A stretch of DNA of 64,000 nucleotides from an uncultured Chloroflexia bacterium (lineage in GTDB: Bacteria > Chloroflexota > Limnocylindria > Limnocylindrales > CSP1-4), in the NCBI GenBank assembly GCA_963707215.1, contig CAVPPB010000001.1, positions 64,001-128,000 on the forward strand. Reading direction: 5' to 3'. The position numbers were made by a program, and so were the translations under genes. Below are positions 25,381-36,920 of this stretch, in pieces. The notes beneath the pieces were generated by a model. That model did not search any database. It was given only the letters and a program-made list of their open reading frames with translations, and was not told the origin of the DNA. Numbering within the stretch: the first letter of the stretch is position 1; each line of letters begins with the position of its first letter.

Positions 25381-27497
25381 GGCGCCTGGTCCTCGAGCTC
25401 GAGCCACGCCTCCTCGGCCGCCTCGAGGGCGACGTCGACGTCCGCAAGCTCGCTGGTGACCCGGCGGAGCTCGACGAAGTTGGCCTGGACGACGGGGTCG
25501 CCGAGGGCCAGCTCGAGGTGGTTCTTGCGAAGGCCGAGCCGGGTCAACTCGGCCTCGACGGCCGCCGAGCGTCGCCGGTAGGCATCCTTCGAGAGCTTCG
25601 GCCGCCGGGACCGGGAGCTGGGTCGGGCCGGCGCCCCTGTCGCGGCCGCGCCCGGCACGCTGGACCGGGCGCCCGACGATGGTCGCCTGGTCGCCGGCGG
25701 CGGCGCTGGGGCCCGATCGGCCCGGCCCGGACGCTGGGATGGCCGGAGACGCGCGGCCTCACGCTCGACCGCCACGGCCGGCGTCCACCCGTCGGCCACC
25801 GCTGCCCGCCACTCCCGATAGGTGCCGTCGAACGGCACGACGAGCTCGTCGGCAACCACCCAGAGGCGCTCGCAGACCGTGTCGAGGAGCCGCCGGTCAT
25901 GGCTGACCAGGAGGACGGTCGCGGGGACTTCGCGAAGGAACGTCTCGATGGCCTCCCGGGCCGGGATGTCGAGATGGTTCGTCGGCTCGTCGAGGAGCAG
26001 GAGGTTGGCCGGCAGGATCCCGAGCAGGGCCATCTCGAGGCGGGAGCGTTCCCCGCCGGACAGCGAGCGGACCTCCTTGAAGGCTTCGTCGCCGCGGAAC
26101 AGGAAGCGGGCCAGGTAGGCGCGGGCCTCTCCCGGAGTGATCGGGAGGGCGTCCAGGATCGCCTCGAGCACGGTGGCTCCGGGGATCGCGGCGCCGCGAA
26201 GCTGAGCCAGGTAGCCGAGCTGTACCTGGTGGCCGAAGACGAGGCTGCCGTCGAGCGGCGGCAGCTCCCCGGCGATGGTTCGCAGGAGCGTCGTCTTGCC
26301 GGCGCCGTTGGGACCTACGATGCCGATCCGTTCGCCCCGGGCCGCGGCGATGAACGGGGCCCTGGCGATGGCGGTCGGCCCGGTCCGCAGTGGTGCCCCC
26401 TCGCCGGCGCCGGTCACGGCCGCGTCGCCGGCCAGGGCTGCGTCATCGCCGACCTCGACCGTCCGGGGCGCCTCCCGGCCGGGCAGGTAGCCGACGACGA
26501 GGTCCTCCAAGCGGACGACCATCTCGCCCGAACGGACCGGAGCGCCGCCGGCCAGCGCCTGACTCGGCAGGGCCAGCCTGCGCCCGCGACGCGGGGCCTC
26601 GCGGCGCTCGCCCTCGAGCCGCTCGAGGCGGGCCTCGTGCTCATGCATCTTCGAGTACTTGCGGTGGCTCCGATAGCGCTGGACGAGCTCGCGCTCGCGC
26701 TCGATCGCGGCAGCCTGGGTCCCGGCCTCCTTCGCCGCCCGCGCGTCGCGCTCGTCGCGCTGTCGGCGGAAGGCCGAGTAGTCGCCGCGGAAGACGGTCA
26801 GCCGGCGGTCGCGAAGCTCCCAGATCCGGGTCGCCGTGGCGTCGAGGAAGGCCCGGTCATGGGAGGCGACCAGCAGCGAGCCGCTCCGCCGACGGAGATG
26901 CTCCTCGAGCCACTCGAGCGCGGCCAGGTCGAGGTGGTTCGTCGGCTCGTCGAGGAGGAGCAGGTCCGGGTCGGCGACGACCAGGCGGGCGAGGGCCGCC
27001 CTGGTCTGCTGGCCGCCCGAGAGGGTCGTCGGGGGTCGCTCCCACGTGGAACGAGGGAAGCCAAGGCCCGAGAGCGTGGCGTCGACGCGGACGTCGAGAG
27101 CGTAGCCGCCGAGGGCGTCGAAGCGGCCCCGGAGCTCCGCGTACGTCGCCTCGCCGGCCTGGCCGGACCGCTCCAGGTCGGCGAGCTCCAGCTCGAGCCG
27201 CTCGAGATCCGCCGCCCCATGCCGGACCGCTTGGCGCAGCGTCCCGGCTGCCATGAACCGCTCGTCGAGGTGGGCCTCCTGGGCCAACAGGCCAAGGGTG
27301 AGGCCACGCTTGCGGCCCACCGAGCCCCGGTCCGGCTCCTCGATGCCGACCGCGATGCGGAGCAGGGTCGTCTTGCCTGCCCCGTTCGGCCCGACGAGGC
27401 CGATCCGGTCGCCGAGCGCGATCGCGGCATCGATCCCGTCGAGGATGACGAAGTCGCCGATCTCACGGACGACGCCCTCGAGCCGGAGGAGCGACAT
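25377..27497 (-). CDS. ABC-F family ATP-binding protein (Uup-like)
   Basis: Two [24 protein letters not shown] domains, no TM segments, C-terminal coiled coil. Confidence 0.93.
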   Translation of the reverse strand: MSLLRLEGVVREIGDFVILDGIDAAIALGDRIGLVGPNGAGKTTLLRIAVGIEEPDRGSVGRKRGLTLGLLAQEAHLDERFMAAGTLRQAVRHGAADLERLELELADLERSGQAGEATYAELRGRFDALGGYALDVRVDATLSGLGFPRSTWERPPTTLSGGQQTRAALARLVVADPDLLLLDEPTNHLDLAALEWLEEHLRRRSGSLLVASHDRAFLDATATRIWELRDRRLTVFRGDYSAFRRQRDERDARAAKEAGTQAAAIERERELVQRYRSHRKYSKMHEHEARLERLEGERREAPRRGRRLALPSQALAGGAPVRSGEMVVRLEDLVVGYLPGREAPRTVEVGDDAALAGDAAVTGAGEGAPLRTGPTAIARAPFIAAARGERIGIVGPNGAGKTTLLRTIAGELPPLDGSLVFGHQVQLGYLAQLRGAAIPGATVLEAILDALPITPGEARAYLARFLFRGDEAFKEVRSLSGGERSRLEMALLGILPANLLLLDEPTNHLDIPAREAIETFLREVPATVLLVSHDRRLLDTVCERLWVVADELVVPFDGTYREWRAAVADGWTPAVAVEREAARLRPSQRPGRADRAPAPPPATRRPSSGARSSVPGAAATGAPARPSSRSRRPKLSKDAYRRRSAAVEAELTRLGLRKNHLELALGDPVVQANFVELRRVTSELADVDVALEAAEEAWLELEDQAP

Positions 27498-28576
27498 CAG
27501 GCACCCCCCTGGGTCGAACGGCGGGCCTCGACCGGGGCCGTTCCCGCTCTCGCGGCGGCCCGGCGCGCGGCCGCCGCTCGTCGGGTCGCCGCCGCTCGCT
27601 CGGCCCCGACCGTACCGAGCGCCCCGGACCCGTCGAGCTCGACCCAGCGGCGTCCCCGGCGCCCGGGAGGCCGGCCGGGTCGGGGCGTCATCCCGGCCAG
27701 GATCGTCGCGGCGCCGACCCGCTCCACAGCCGGCAGCCGCTGGCACCACGAGCAGAAATGGGTCGCCCGACCGCCGACGACGATCCGCCGGATCGGCCGG
27801 CCGCATCGCTCGCAGGGCTGTCCCGTCCGCTGGTAGACGAGGAGCCGCTCCTGCATCTCCCCGTCGCCATCGGGCGCCGTGTAGTCGTCGATCGAGGAGC
27901 CGCGCCGTTCGACCGCCTCGGTCAGGATCCGCAGGAGCTCCACATAGAGCCGCCGTTCGTCGGCCGGCCGGAGCGACCGGGCGGAGCGGAGCGGATGGAG
28001 GCGACTCGCCCAGAGCGCCTCGTCGGCGTAGATGTTGCCCACCCCGGCCAGGAACGCCTGGTCGGTGATGAGCGGCTTGAGCCGGGTCCGCCGCCCCCGG
28101 ATCCGCCGCCGGAAGGCCCGCAGGTCGAAGCCGGGCTCGAGCGGCTCGGGCCCCAGGCCGGCGAAGGGGTCGTCGTCGGACGCATCGCGGGCATCCCCGG
28201 TCGCCTCGTCACGCCGGTACAGGCCGATCCGGCCGAACTTGCGGATGTCCCGGAAGCGGACCTCGCGCCCGTCGGCGAGCACCAGCGTCACCCGGACGTG
28301 CGGGTCGCCGGGGGCCGACGACGGCACCACGAAGAGCTGGCCGGTCATCTTGAGGTGGATGGTGAGCAGGGCGCCGCCGGAGAGCTCGGCGACGATGAGC
28401 TTGGCCCGGCGTCCGACCGCCTCGACGCGGCGGCCCCGGACCCCGGCGGCGAAGGCGTCCGGGTCGCCGCCGCGGATCGTCCGCGGCCAGGCCACCCGGG
28501 CATCGGCGATCGTCGCCCCGAGGACATGCCGGCGGAGGTCGCCGGCGACCGTCTCGACCTCGGGCAGCTCAGGCAT
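27497..28576 (-). CDS. mutM: Formamidopyrimidine-DNA glycosylase
   Basis: MPELPEVET, HLKMTG, GVGNIYADE, zinc finger CERC...CSWCQ. Confidence 0.97.
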   Translation of the reverse strand: MPELPEVETVAGDLRRHVLGATIADARVAWPRTIRGGDPDAFAAGVRGRRVEAVGRRAKLIVAELSGGALLTIHLKMTGQLFVVPSSAPGDPHVRVTLVLADGREVRFRDIRKFGRIGLYRRDEATGDARDASDDDPFAGLGPEPLEPGFDLRAFRRRIRGRRTRLKPLITDQAFLAGVGNIYADEALWASRLHPLRSARSLRPADERRLYVELLRILTEAVERRGSSIDDYTAPDGDGEMQERLLVYQRTGQPCERCGRPIRRIVVGGRATHFCSWCQRLPAVERVGAATILAGMTPRPGRPPGRRGRRWVELDGSGALGTVGAERAAATRRAAAARRAAARAGTAPVEARRSTQGGA

Positions 28577-28588
28577 CGCTCGCGGCGG

Positions 28589-31488
28589 TCAGACGCCGAC
28601 GCCGCCGGGCGCCTCATCGGCCTCGACACGCACCGCGTCGGCCCGGGTCAGCGGCGTCATCGACTCCCAGTCGGGTCCCACCTTGACGTCGACGGTCAGC
28701 GGCACGTCGAGCGGGACGGCGCCCTCCATCGTCTCGCGGACCGCCGCCGCCAGGCGCTCGACCTCGGCCTCGGGCACCTCGAACAGGAGCTCGTCGTGGA
28801 CCTGCAGGAGCATCCGGGCAGGTGACCCGTCCGCCCGGAGCCGGTCGGCGACCCGGATCATCGCGATCTTCATGACGTCGGCCGCCGTGCCCTGGATGGG
28901 CATGTTGATGGCCATCCGCTCCCCTGCCCCGCGCAGGGCGGGATTGCGCGCCGTCAGCTCGGGGATGGAGCGACGGCGCCCCAGCAGGGTGGTGACGTGG
29001 CCCTGCTGCTTGGCCGTCTCCTTGATGTGGAGCATGTAGTAGCTGATGCCGGAGTAGGTCGAGAAGTACGAGTTGATGAAGTCCTGGGCCTCCTGGCGGC
29101 TGATGCCGGCCCGGGTCGAGAGTCCGAAGTCGCTCATCCCGTAGGCGATCCCGAAGTTGACCATCTTCGCCATCGAGCGCTCGTCGGCGGTCACCTCGGC
29201 CGGGTCCTTGTGGAGGACGCGTGCGGCGGTCTCGCGGTGGATGTCGGCCTCTCGGGCGAAGGCCTCGCGAAGGTGCTCGTCGCCGGAGACGTGGGCGAGG
29301 ATCCGCAGCTCGATCTGGGAGTAGTCGGCGGCCAGCAGCACGAGGCCACTCCCCCCGGCCACGAAGGCGCGACGGATCCGCCGTCCCAGAGGGGTCCGGA
29401 TCGGGATGTTCTGGAGGTTCGGATCGGACGACGAGAGCCGGCCCGTGGCGGCGACGGCCTGGTGGAACGTCGTGTGCAGGCGACCGTCGTCGGCGATGAG
29501 CTCGGGCAGCGCCTCCACGTAGGTCGAGCGCAGCTTCGTGTAGACCCGCCACTCCAGCAGCCGCTCGACCATCGGGTGGGCGGCCCGGAGCTCCTCGAGG
29601 ACGGTCGCGTCGGTCGAGAAGCCGGTCTTGGTCCGCTTGCCCTTGGGCAGGTCGAGCTCGTAGAAGAGGACCTGCTCGAGCTGCTTCGGGCTGCCGAGGT
29701 TGAACTCGTGGCCGACGGCGTCGTAGATCTCGCGCTCCAGCCGGTCGATCTCGGTGCCGAACTCGCGATCGAGCGCCGCCAGCGCCTCGAGGTCGAGGGC
29801 GACGCCGGTGGCCTCCATCCGGGCGAGGACCGGGATGAGCGGCAGCTCGACCTCGGCGAAGAGCCGGTCGAGCGCGTCGGCCGCCAGGGCCTCGGCCAGG
29901 ACCGGACGGACCGCGAGCACGGCCAGGGCCTCGATCCCGGCCCGCAGGCCCGGGGAGAGGTCGGCTGGCGGCGGCAGCATCACGTCGAGCCGCTCCGCCA
30001 CGACGTCGGCGATCGCCTGGCTGCGCAAGGCCGCGTTGAGGAGGTAGGCCGCGACCTGGGTGTCGAAGGCGACCGACAGCGGCGACCCGGCCGGATCGTC
30101 GGCATAGCCGGCGGTCAGCAGCGGCTTGACCTCGTGGCCGACGAGGCCCGGACGCGCCGTGTCGAGGGCCCGTCGGGCCGCGGACACCGCCTCGGGACCC
30201 TCGGCGACGACCACCCGTCCATCGTGGCCCGCCATGGCAAGGGCGAGCGGCTCGCCCTTGCGCGGTCGCGGGTCGGAGCCGACGAAGGCCACGCCGACGT
30301 CGGGCTGCGCCCGCAGCCACGACGTCAGGTCGTCGATCGCCTCCGGAGCGAGGCGCTCGATCCGGGCCGGGTCGACGAGGGCCGCCCGAAGGGCGCCGAC
30401 CGGGTCGCCGGGGACCACCTCGAGGGGCGACCGCGCCGGAACCACCCTCCGCTCCGGTCCCGACCGGGCCGACCGCGTCGAAGTCGAGGCTCAGCTGGAG
30501 GCCGGCGCCCTGGGCGAGGAGCGAGGGACGTCCGGCCGCCGGGCGCCCGGGCGGCCCGGGTCGCCCCGCTGGCATCCCGGAGCGCCGCGGCCGTGTCCTC
30601 CGGCCGCTCGCCCTCGACCGGCGGGAGCCGCTCGATGAGGGTCCGGAACTCGTACTCGCGGAACAGGCGGATCACGGCCTCGCGGTCGTAGCGCCCGATG
30701 CGGGCCGCCTCGAGGTCGAGCTCGACGGGGACGTCGTGGACGAGGCGCATGAGCTCACGGCTCTCGAGGACCCGCTCCCGGGCCTCCCCCAGCTTCGGGC
30801 GCAGCTTCTCGGGGACGACCTCGTCGAGGTGCTCGTAGAGCGCATCGAGCGTGGCCCAGGTCCGGATCAAGGTCGAGGCGGTCTTCTCGCCTACCCCCGC
30901 GACCCCCGGGATGTTGTCGGTCGAGTCGCCCTTCAGGGCCTTGTAGTCGACCATCTGGTCCGGGCGGAGGCCGTAGCGTTCGTCGATCCGGGCGAGGTCG
31001 TAGACGACCGTGTTGGCCACCCCGCCCCGGAGCGAGACCACGAGCCGGGTCCGCTCGCTGACGAGCTGGAGCATGTCCAGGTCGCCGGTGACGACGGTCG
31101 TCGCCAGGTCGCGCGCCTCGGCCTGGTCCACCAGGCTGGCGATGACGTCGTCGGCCTCGTAGCCCTCGGCCTCGTAGACCGGGATCGCGAGCGCGGCCAC
31201 GACCTCGCGGACCTTGGGGAACTGGTCGCGCAGGTCGTCGGGCATCCGCTGGCGGGTCGCCTTGTACTCCGCGTACCGCTCGTGCCGGAAGGTCGGCTTG
31301 CCGAGGTCGAAGGCGATGGCGATGTGGCTCGGGGCGACGTCCTGGATGGCCCGCAGGACGATGTTCGTGAACCCGAAGACGGCGTTGACGAGCTCGCCCT
31401 TCGACGTCGTCAGGGGCGTGTCGATCAGGGCGTAGTAGCCGCGGTAGATGAGCCCGTTGCCGTCGAGCAGCATCAGGCGGTCGGTCAC
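28589..31488 (-). CDS. polA: DNA polymerase I (frameshift ~30440-30560)
   Basis: 5'-3' exonuclease (EADDVIA, GDSTDNIPGV) in 30325-31488; polymerase motifs DYSQIELR, KMVNFGIAYG, LQVHDEL in 28589-30445. Confidence 0.95.
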
Positions 31489-31557
31489 GGGATCCTCGGC
31501 GGGCGGATGCTGACGCCGCCAGTGTACCCGCGGGTGCCGGCCCCACCGGGTCCGGGG

Positions 31558-32238
31558 TCAGCGGAAGGCCGTTGCCAGGCCCGCGAGCAGCGGACGTCGA
31601 CCGGCCCGTCGACGGCCGGCCAGGATCGCCCGCAGCAGCGGTGCCGCGTCGGGGGGCGCCAGGCTCGCGGTCCGCCCGCTCCGCTCGGCCAGGAACCGCT
31701 GGGTGCCCGAGGCCGTCCGCGGCGGGATCACGACGGTGAGGCTGACCCCCGGAGCGTCACTGGCTAGGACCTCGCGGCGAGCTTCGCACCAGGTCCAGAG
31801 CGCCCCCTGTGGCGCCGAGATATCGCCGAGGCCGGCGAGCCCCAGGCGACCGTTCTGGCCGACGAGCACTCCGATCCGGCCACTCCCCCGCTCCGTCATG
31901 CGCCGGGCCACCTCGTCGACTAGGGCGGCCGGTGCGAGGTAGTCGGTCGTCGCCATGGTGACCCGGTCCCCGTCGGTGGAGATCGCGGCGTGGACGAGGA
32001 CGTCCGGGGTGGCCCGGAGTGCCTCGGGCAGCGCGGCCAGGATGTCGTCGACCGACGGCGGGTCGGCCAGGTCGAAGGGGACGAGCGCCCAGCGCCGCTG
32101 CTGCGTCCCGGCGTAGGCGGCGAGCTCCGGGGCATCGTGTCGCCCGAGGGCGACGACATCGAAGGCGGATTCGAGGAGGGCCCGACCGATGGCCCCGCCC
32201 CACGCCCCGGTCGCGCCGGTGATCCAGGCGACGCTCAT
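31558..32238 (-). CDS. Atypical SDR-family oxidoreductase
   Basis: ITGATGAWG Rossmann motif; no YxxxK (DISAPQGAL instead); ATGA overlap with the upstream gene. Confidence 0.75.
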   Translation of the reverse strand: MSVAWITGATGAWGGAIGRALLESAFDVVALGRHDAPELAAYAGTQQRRWALVPFDLADPPSVDDILAALPEALRATPDVLVHAAISTDGDRVTMATTDYLAPAALVDEVARRMTERGSGRIGVLVGQNGRLGLAGLGDISAPQGALWTWCEARREVLASDAPGVSLTVVIPPRTASGTQRFLAERSGRTASLAPPDAAPLLRAILAGRRRAGRRPLLAGLATAFR

Positions 32239-33017
32239 GACGCCGCTCCGCCGACCCGCTCGAGGGTCAGGACCCCGAAGAGCCCGAGGGGCTCCCGCTC
32301 GACGGTCAGGGCTCGCCAGCCCAGCGGCTCGGCCGCCGCGACGACCGCCTCGGCGCTCCGGGTGACCGCCGTCCACGGCTTCCGGTCCCAGTCGACCAGG
32401 ACGTCGTGGAGGAGCCGCAGGTCCGGGTGCCCCTCCATGACCGAGAGGACCCAGCAGGCTCCGGGCGCCGTGCCCCGGGCACCAGCGGCGAGGAGCCTTC
32501 GGACGTCGACGTCGTCGACGAGCAGGTCGAAGAACCCCGAAGCGACCAGGATGTCGAAGGTCGGGTGCGGCCAGCTGGCCGGGTCGAAGGCGTCGGCCGG
32601 GACGAACCTGATGTCCGCCCGGCCCTCGGCCTCGGCCCTGGCCGTGCCCCGCGCGCGCTCGTCGGCGTCGATGTCGCCGGCGTAGTACTCGGCACCATCC
32701 CTCGGCAGCTCGAAGAGGTACGAGCCGGGACCCGCGGCCACGTCGAGGAGTCGCTGGCCCGGCCGGCGGCGGATCGCCGTCTCCAGCTGGCCGATCAGCA
32801 GCCGGCGCCGACCGCGCACGCCCCGCCAGACGGGATGGTCGAGCATGACCCGGTCGACGAGCGTCCCGATCGGCGTGATGCCGTGGGCCCGGTCGGCGTA
32901 CACGTAGTCGACCATCGTCCCCGAGTTGAAGCCCTCGCGGTAGCCGAGGCGGATGCCGTCCGACAGCTGCCCTCCGGTCCGCATGAGGAACCGCATCAGC
33001 GGGTAGTAGAGCTCCAT
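32235..33017 (-). CDS. Class I SAM-dependent methyltransferase (like the YnbC C-terminal domain)
   Basis: GIRLGYREGFNSGTMVDYVY, WRGVRGRR, LLDVAAGPGSY, ASGFFD. Confidence 0.85.
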   Translation of the reverse strand: MELYYPLMRFLMRTGGQLSDGIRLGYREGFNSGTMVDYVYADRAHGITPIGTLVDRVMLDHPVWRGVRGRRRLLIGQLETAIRRRPGQRLLDVAAGPGSYLFELPRDGAEYYAGDIDADERARGTARAEAEGRADIRFVPADAFDPASWPHPTFDILVASGFFDLLVDDVDVRRLLAAGARGTAPGACWVLSVMEGHPDLRLLHDVLVDWDRKPWTAVTRSAEAVVAAAEPLGWRALTVEREPLGLFGVLTLERVGGAAS

Positions 33018-33033
33018 CGGTCTCCCCTCCTGC

Positions 33034-33615
33034 TCAGGCGCGCCCGAGCTCGCGGACGGTCCGCGAGATGCGCAGGACGAGGGTCGGGATCGACAGGACG
33101 ACGATCAGGACGCAGACCCAGGTCAGGTCGAAGGTGACGAAGGTCCGGATGCCCGCGGCGACGAGGACGATGGCGATCCGGTCGGGCTGCCCGGCCGGGC
33201 CCACCGGCTGCGGCGACCCCCCGGCGATCGCCGGCAGCACGGCGCAGACGTTGACCAGCCAGGCCGAGCCCAGGAGCAGGACCAGCCAGGCCGGATCGAC
33301 CCACGGCCACAGTCCCAGGAACAGGGCGATGTCCCCGATCTCCTGGGGCAGCCGGTTGAGGTAGGGTCCGATCCGGGTCTTCTTCCCGTAGGCCTCGGCG
33401 AGCAACCCGTCCATGACCGTGAGGGCCATCCGGCCGAGGATCCCCATGATGACGAGCGGCCACCAGCCGAACCACAGGCTCACGGCCGCCAGGCCCGATG
33501 GGACGAGCGAGGCCAGGGAGACCGCGTTGGGGCTCAGCCGCTCGACCCCGGGGATCCGGTCGAGCCAGCGACGGAGCGCGTACTTGGTCTGGTACAGCCC
33601 GATGTCGGGGCTCAT
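33034..33615 (-). CDS. CDP-alcohol phosphatidyltransferase family (YnbA-like)
   Basis: LYQTKY, SPNAVS, DGLLAE...GPYLN...GD, GPAGQPDR; multiple TM segments. Confidence 0.8.
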   Translation of the reverse strand: MSPDIGLYQTKYALRRWLDRIPGVERLSPNAVSLASLVPSGLAAVSLWFGWWPLVIMGILGRMALTVMDGLLAEAYGKKTRIGPYLNRLPQEIGDIALFLGLWPWVDPAWLVLLLGSAWLVNVCAVLPAIAGGSPQPVGPAGQPDRIAIVLVAAGIRTFVTFDLTWVCVLIVVLSIPTLVLRISRTVRELGRA

Positions 33616-34325
33616 CGGTCACCTCCCTCCTGCGACACGTCGAGTCGACCGTGGCGGTCCCAGAACGCGAGCAGGTCTGCCGAGAGCGCGCGTCCGTCGA
33701 CGGTGTCGATCGGATCGCCGAACGTGACCCGGATCGTCCGGAACGGCCGCCAGTACGCGCGGCCCACGGGCCAGGCCTCGGCGGTCCCGGCCAGGCCGAC
33801 CGGCAGGACCGTCCAGCCCGCATGGGCGAGCACGCCGGCCAGCCCGATGTGCGGCTCGAGACGCTTCCGGCTCCCGCTCGGGTAGATGAGGAACCAGCCG
33901 GCCTCGATCGTGGGCAGCAGGCGGGCCCAGCGGCGGAGCTCGGCCAGCTCGGCGCCCCGGTCGAAGGCCGCCGCCTGCCCGAAGAGGCTGGCGGCGATCG
34001 CGGCAGCCCGTCGCTCGAAGAAGTAGTCGCGGGCCGCCAGCACCGTGATCCGCCGTCGGTAGCGCTCCGGCAGGACCGCCAGGATGGCCATCGTGTCGAG
34101 GTGGCTCTGGTGGTTCGGCATCAGGGCGAGGCGAGGCACGTCGGGTACCGACCCGACGACCTCCAGGCGGAACTGGGCCCGGAAGAAGGCGGCCGCGGCG
34201 CGCCGACCCAGCGCCCGGGCTGTGTCGTACAGCAGGTCCGGCTGGCGCGGGTACTGCCCCAGGCGTGCCGCAAGTGGCAGCTCGAGGTCCGGGAACGGTT
34301 CGTACTCGAACCTGGCACCGCTCAT
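33612..34325 (-). CDS. Lysophospholipid acyltransferase (PlsC family)
   Basis: NHQSHLD, AARDYFF, YPSGSR, VLPVGLAG; ATGA overlap. Confidence 0.85.
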   Translation of the reverse strand: MSGARFEYEPFPDLELPLAARLGQYPRQPDLLYDTARALGRRAAAAFFRAQFRLEVVGSVPDVPRLALMPNHQSHLDTMAILAVLPERYRRRITVLAARDYFFERRAAAIAASLFGQAAAFDRGAELAELRRWARLLPTIEAGWFLIYPSGSRKRLEPHIGLAGVLAHAGWTVLPVGLAGTAEAWPVGRAYWRPFRTIRVTFGDPIDTVDGRALSADLLAFWDRHGRLDVSQEGGDR

Positions 34326-35278
34326 TCCGGGAACCCGCCGAAGAGATAGCCCATGAAGTGGGCGAACGCCGGCGCCGTGACCATGAGCGAGTTGAGGCGA
34401 TCGGTCAGACCGCCGTGGCCCGGCAGGATCGCCCCGAAGTCCTTGACCCCGGCATTGCGCTTGACGTTGGCCATCGTGAGGTCGCCGACCTGTCCGCCGA
34501 TCGTGATGATCAGCCCGGCCGCCAGGACGCCGAGCGGCGGCACCCAGGGGAAGGCGATCGGGGCCTGGAGGAACGTCAGGACGACGATCGTCACGCCGGC
34601 CAGGAGCGAGCCCTCCAGCGTCTTGTTCGGGCTGATCGGAGTCCAGCGACGCCGCCCGACGGCCTTGCCGTAGATGAACTGGAGGGCGTCGTTCAGCTGC
34701 GTCATCAGCAGCACGAACAGGAGGTAGCCGAGCCCGAGCGATGACGCGTAGAGATAGCTCAGGTGGGCCAGGAAGTAAGCGAAGAAGATGACCCCGACGA
34801 CCGAGAGGGCGAACCACTGGAGCATCCCGTCGGTCCGGCGGAGGACGATCGGGACCAGGGCCAGGGCGAGCACGGCCCACGTCGGGATCGCCATGAACAC
34901 GTCGTAGCGCCCCACGAAGGCGAAGACGTTCTCGGCGATGACGGCGCCGTAGACGAGGACGACGAAGAGCCGCTGCCGGTAGAGCCCGGTGACCCGGGCG
35001 TACTCCTTGAACGCCAGGATCGACACCACGGCGACCAGGACCGTCCAGGCGCCCTGCCCCAGCCACATCGCCCCCAGGGCGATCGGCAGGATGAGGAACC
35101 AGGTCCGCAGCGGGATCCAGGCACCTGGGATGCGAAGGACCGCCAGGAGGACGCTCGTGACGGCGACCGTGGCGATGGCGGCCACCGTGTAGAAGCGGAG
35201 GGGGTCGCCCGTCAGCTCGTCGAGTCCCACGCGGTCCTCCGGCACGTCGTCCGGGCGCCCGGGCCGGCGGTCAGCCAC
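34322..35278 (-). CDS. Phosphatidate cytidylyltransferase (YnbB/CdsA family)
   Basis: TQLNDALQFIYGK, ISPNKTLEG, GDL..KRNAGVKDFGAILPGHGGLTDRLNS. Confidence 0.92.
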   Translation of the reverse strand: MADRRPGRPDDVPEDRVGLDELTGDPLRFYTVAAIATVAVTSVLLAVLRIPGAWIPLRTWFLILPIALGAMWLGQGAWTVLVAVVSILAFKEYARVTGLYRQRLFVVLVYGAVIAENVFAFVGRYDVFMAIPTWAVLALALVPIVLRRTDGMLQWFALSVVGVIFFAYFLAHLSYLYASSLGLGYLLFVLLMTQLNDALQFIYGKAVGRRRWTPISPNKTLEGSLLAGVTIVVLTFLQAPIAFPWVPPLGVLAAGLIITIGGQVGDLTMANVKRNAGVKDFGAILPGHGGLTDRLNSLMVTAPAFAHFMGYLFGGFPE

Positions 35279-35423
35279 CGACGGCCGGCCGGACGCTCGT
35301 CATGGCGACGCACGTGCCCGCGTCGTGTTGCACGGACCGATCACTGGGCCACAGCCGACGGCCCCGGCCCGAGCGGATGCCGGAGGCGACCCGAGGGGCG
35401 CCGTGGGTCAGGCGCGCTGGAGG

Positions 35424-36143
35424 TCAGGCGCGCTCGCCGGCTCGACGCAGGAGGACCAGGGCCACGCCACCGCCGATCAGGGCGACCGAGCCGATCGGGA
35501 TCCACGGCATCCCGGGGCCATCGCTTTGCTGGCCGGCGGCGTCCACGCCGTTGGGGCGGACCTCAGCGGGACCCTCGTCCGTACCGCCGCCGCCCATAGG
35601 AGCAGGCGGCGGGGTAGCGGCCGTGTCGACCTCCGGGGCCGCCGGCTCACCGCCGAACTCGCCCTGCGTGTCCCGCTCCGAGCCCGCGCCGGCACCGTCA
35701 CCGACAGGCGCTCCGACGGTGGACAGGATGACCTGCGGGTCCGGGACGACGGCCGTGAGCATGAGGCCCGCGAGCCCGACCGTCGCCAGCCCGACGCCCA
35801 GGGGCCGGGCGAAGGCGAGGCGAGGAGCCCCGAAGCCCGCGACGATGCGTCGCCAGCCGCCGGGCCGGAGCCGCACGGCCTGCTCCTCGGTCAGCCGGAA
35901 GTCACGGGGTCGTACCGGCGACGGCAGGGCGCGGGTCGCCGAGGCGATCGCGACGAGATCCACGTAGACCTCCCCGCAGGCCGGACAGGCGGCCACCAGG
36001 GATCGAGCGTCGTCGAGCTCCGGGCCGGTCAGGTCGTCGGCCGAAAGCGCGGCCACCAGGGTGAGGTCGTGGTCGGTGTGGAGGGTCGTGGTCACGTTCG
36101 TCTGACGCCCCATCTCCGGTCCCGGTTCCCGCCGCCCGCTCAT
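35424..36143 (-). CDS. Membrane-anchored anti-sigma factor (ZAS-like)
   Basis: ATGA-coupled to the ECF sigma; CPAC, PVRPRDFRLT, TM segments. Confidence 0.75.
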   Translation of the reverse strand: MSGRREPGPEMGRQTNVTTTLHTDHDLTLVAALSADDLTGPELDDARSLVAACPACGEVYVDLVAIASATRALPSPVRPRDFRLTEEQAVRLRPGGWRRIVAGFGAPRLAFARPLGVGLATVGLAGLMLTAVVPDPQVILSTVGAPVGDGAGAGSERDTQGEFGGEPAAPEVDTAATPPPAPMGGGGTDEGPAEVRPNGVDAAGQQSDGPGMPWIPIGSVALIGGGVALVLLRRAGERA

Positions 36144-36805
36144 CGGTCGCCCCGGAAGAGATCGAGCCGCGGCTCGAGGACGGCGCGCAGGGCCAGCCGT
36201 CCCCGGTGGATCCGTGACTTCACGGTCCCCAGCGAGACGCCGGTGAGCTCGGCGATCTCGGCATAGTCGTAGCCCTCGACGTCGAAGAGGACGATCGCCG
36301 TTCGCTGGTCGGCCCCGATCCTGGCCAGGGCATCGGCCAGGGCGCGGGATCGCTCGGCCGCGACCACGACCCGCTCCGGATCCTCCGACGCGTCGGCCGG
36401 TGGCTGCCAGCTCTCGTCCTCCAGCTCCGGGTACGGCTGAGCGGGCCGCCGCTTGCGGTAGCGCTGGGTGTCCATGGCCGCGTTGATGGCGATCCGCCCC
36501 AGCCATGACCGGACGCTGCCGCCGCGGAAGGACCGCAGGTTCCGGTAGGCGCTGAAGAACGCCTCCTGGACGGCGTCGGCGGCCTGGTCCCGGTCCGGAA
36601 CGAGCCGGGCGACCAGCCCGTAGAGGTGGTCCTGGTGGAGCTCGACGAGGTCGTTGAAGGCGTCGAGGTCGCCGTCCCTGGCACGCTCGACGAGCCACAG
36701 GTCGCGACGCCGGGCCACGTCGTCGCCGGGCGAGGGCACGCGACGATCGTCAGCCAGCGGCGGGTCCCTCCGGACGGGGATGGCAAGGCGGGCCGAGTCT
36801 AGCAT
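36140..36805 (-). CDS. ECF RNA polymerase sigma factor (start uncertain)
   Basis: GDLDAFNDLV, DAVQEAF, SWLGRIAINAAMD, YAEIAELTGVSLGTVKSRIHRGR. Confidence 0.93.
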   Translation of the reverse strand: MLDSARLAIPVRRDPPLADDRRVPSPGDDVARRRDLWLVERARDGDLDAFNDLVELHQDHLYGLVARLVPDRDQAADAVQEAFFSAYRNLRSFRGGSVRSWLGRIAINAAMDTQRYRKRRPAQPYPELEDESWQPPADASEDPERVVVAAERSRALADALARIGADQRTAIVLFDVEGYDYAEIAELTGVSLGTVKSRIHRGRLALRAVLEPRLDLFRGDR

Positions 36806-36920
36806 CGGGTCTGCGCTACTCGACGCGCCTCGGCGCGCCTCGGTTCCCTGGCTCGTCCTCGACGCGGCCCGGAGCCCCCGGCCGCGGGCACGGGCAGACG
36901 GGCGCTACGATGAGCGTCCG

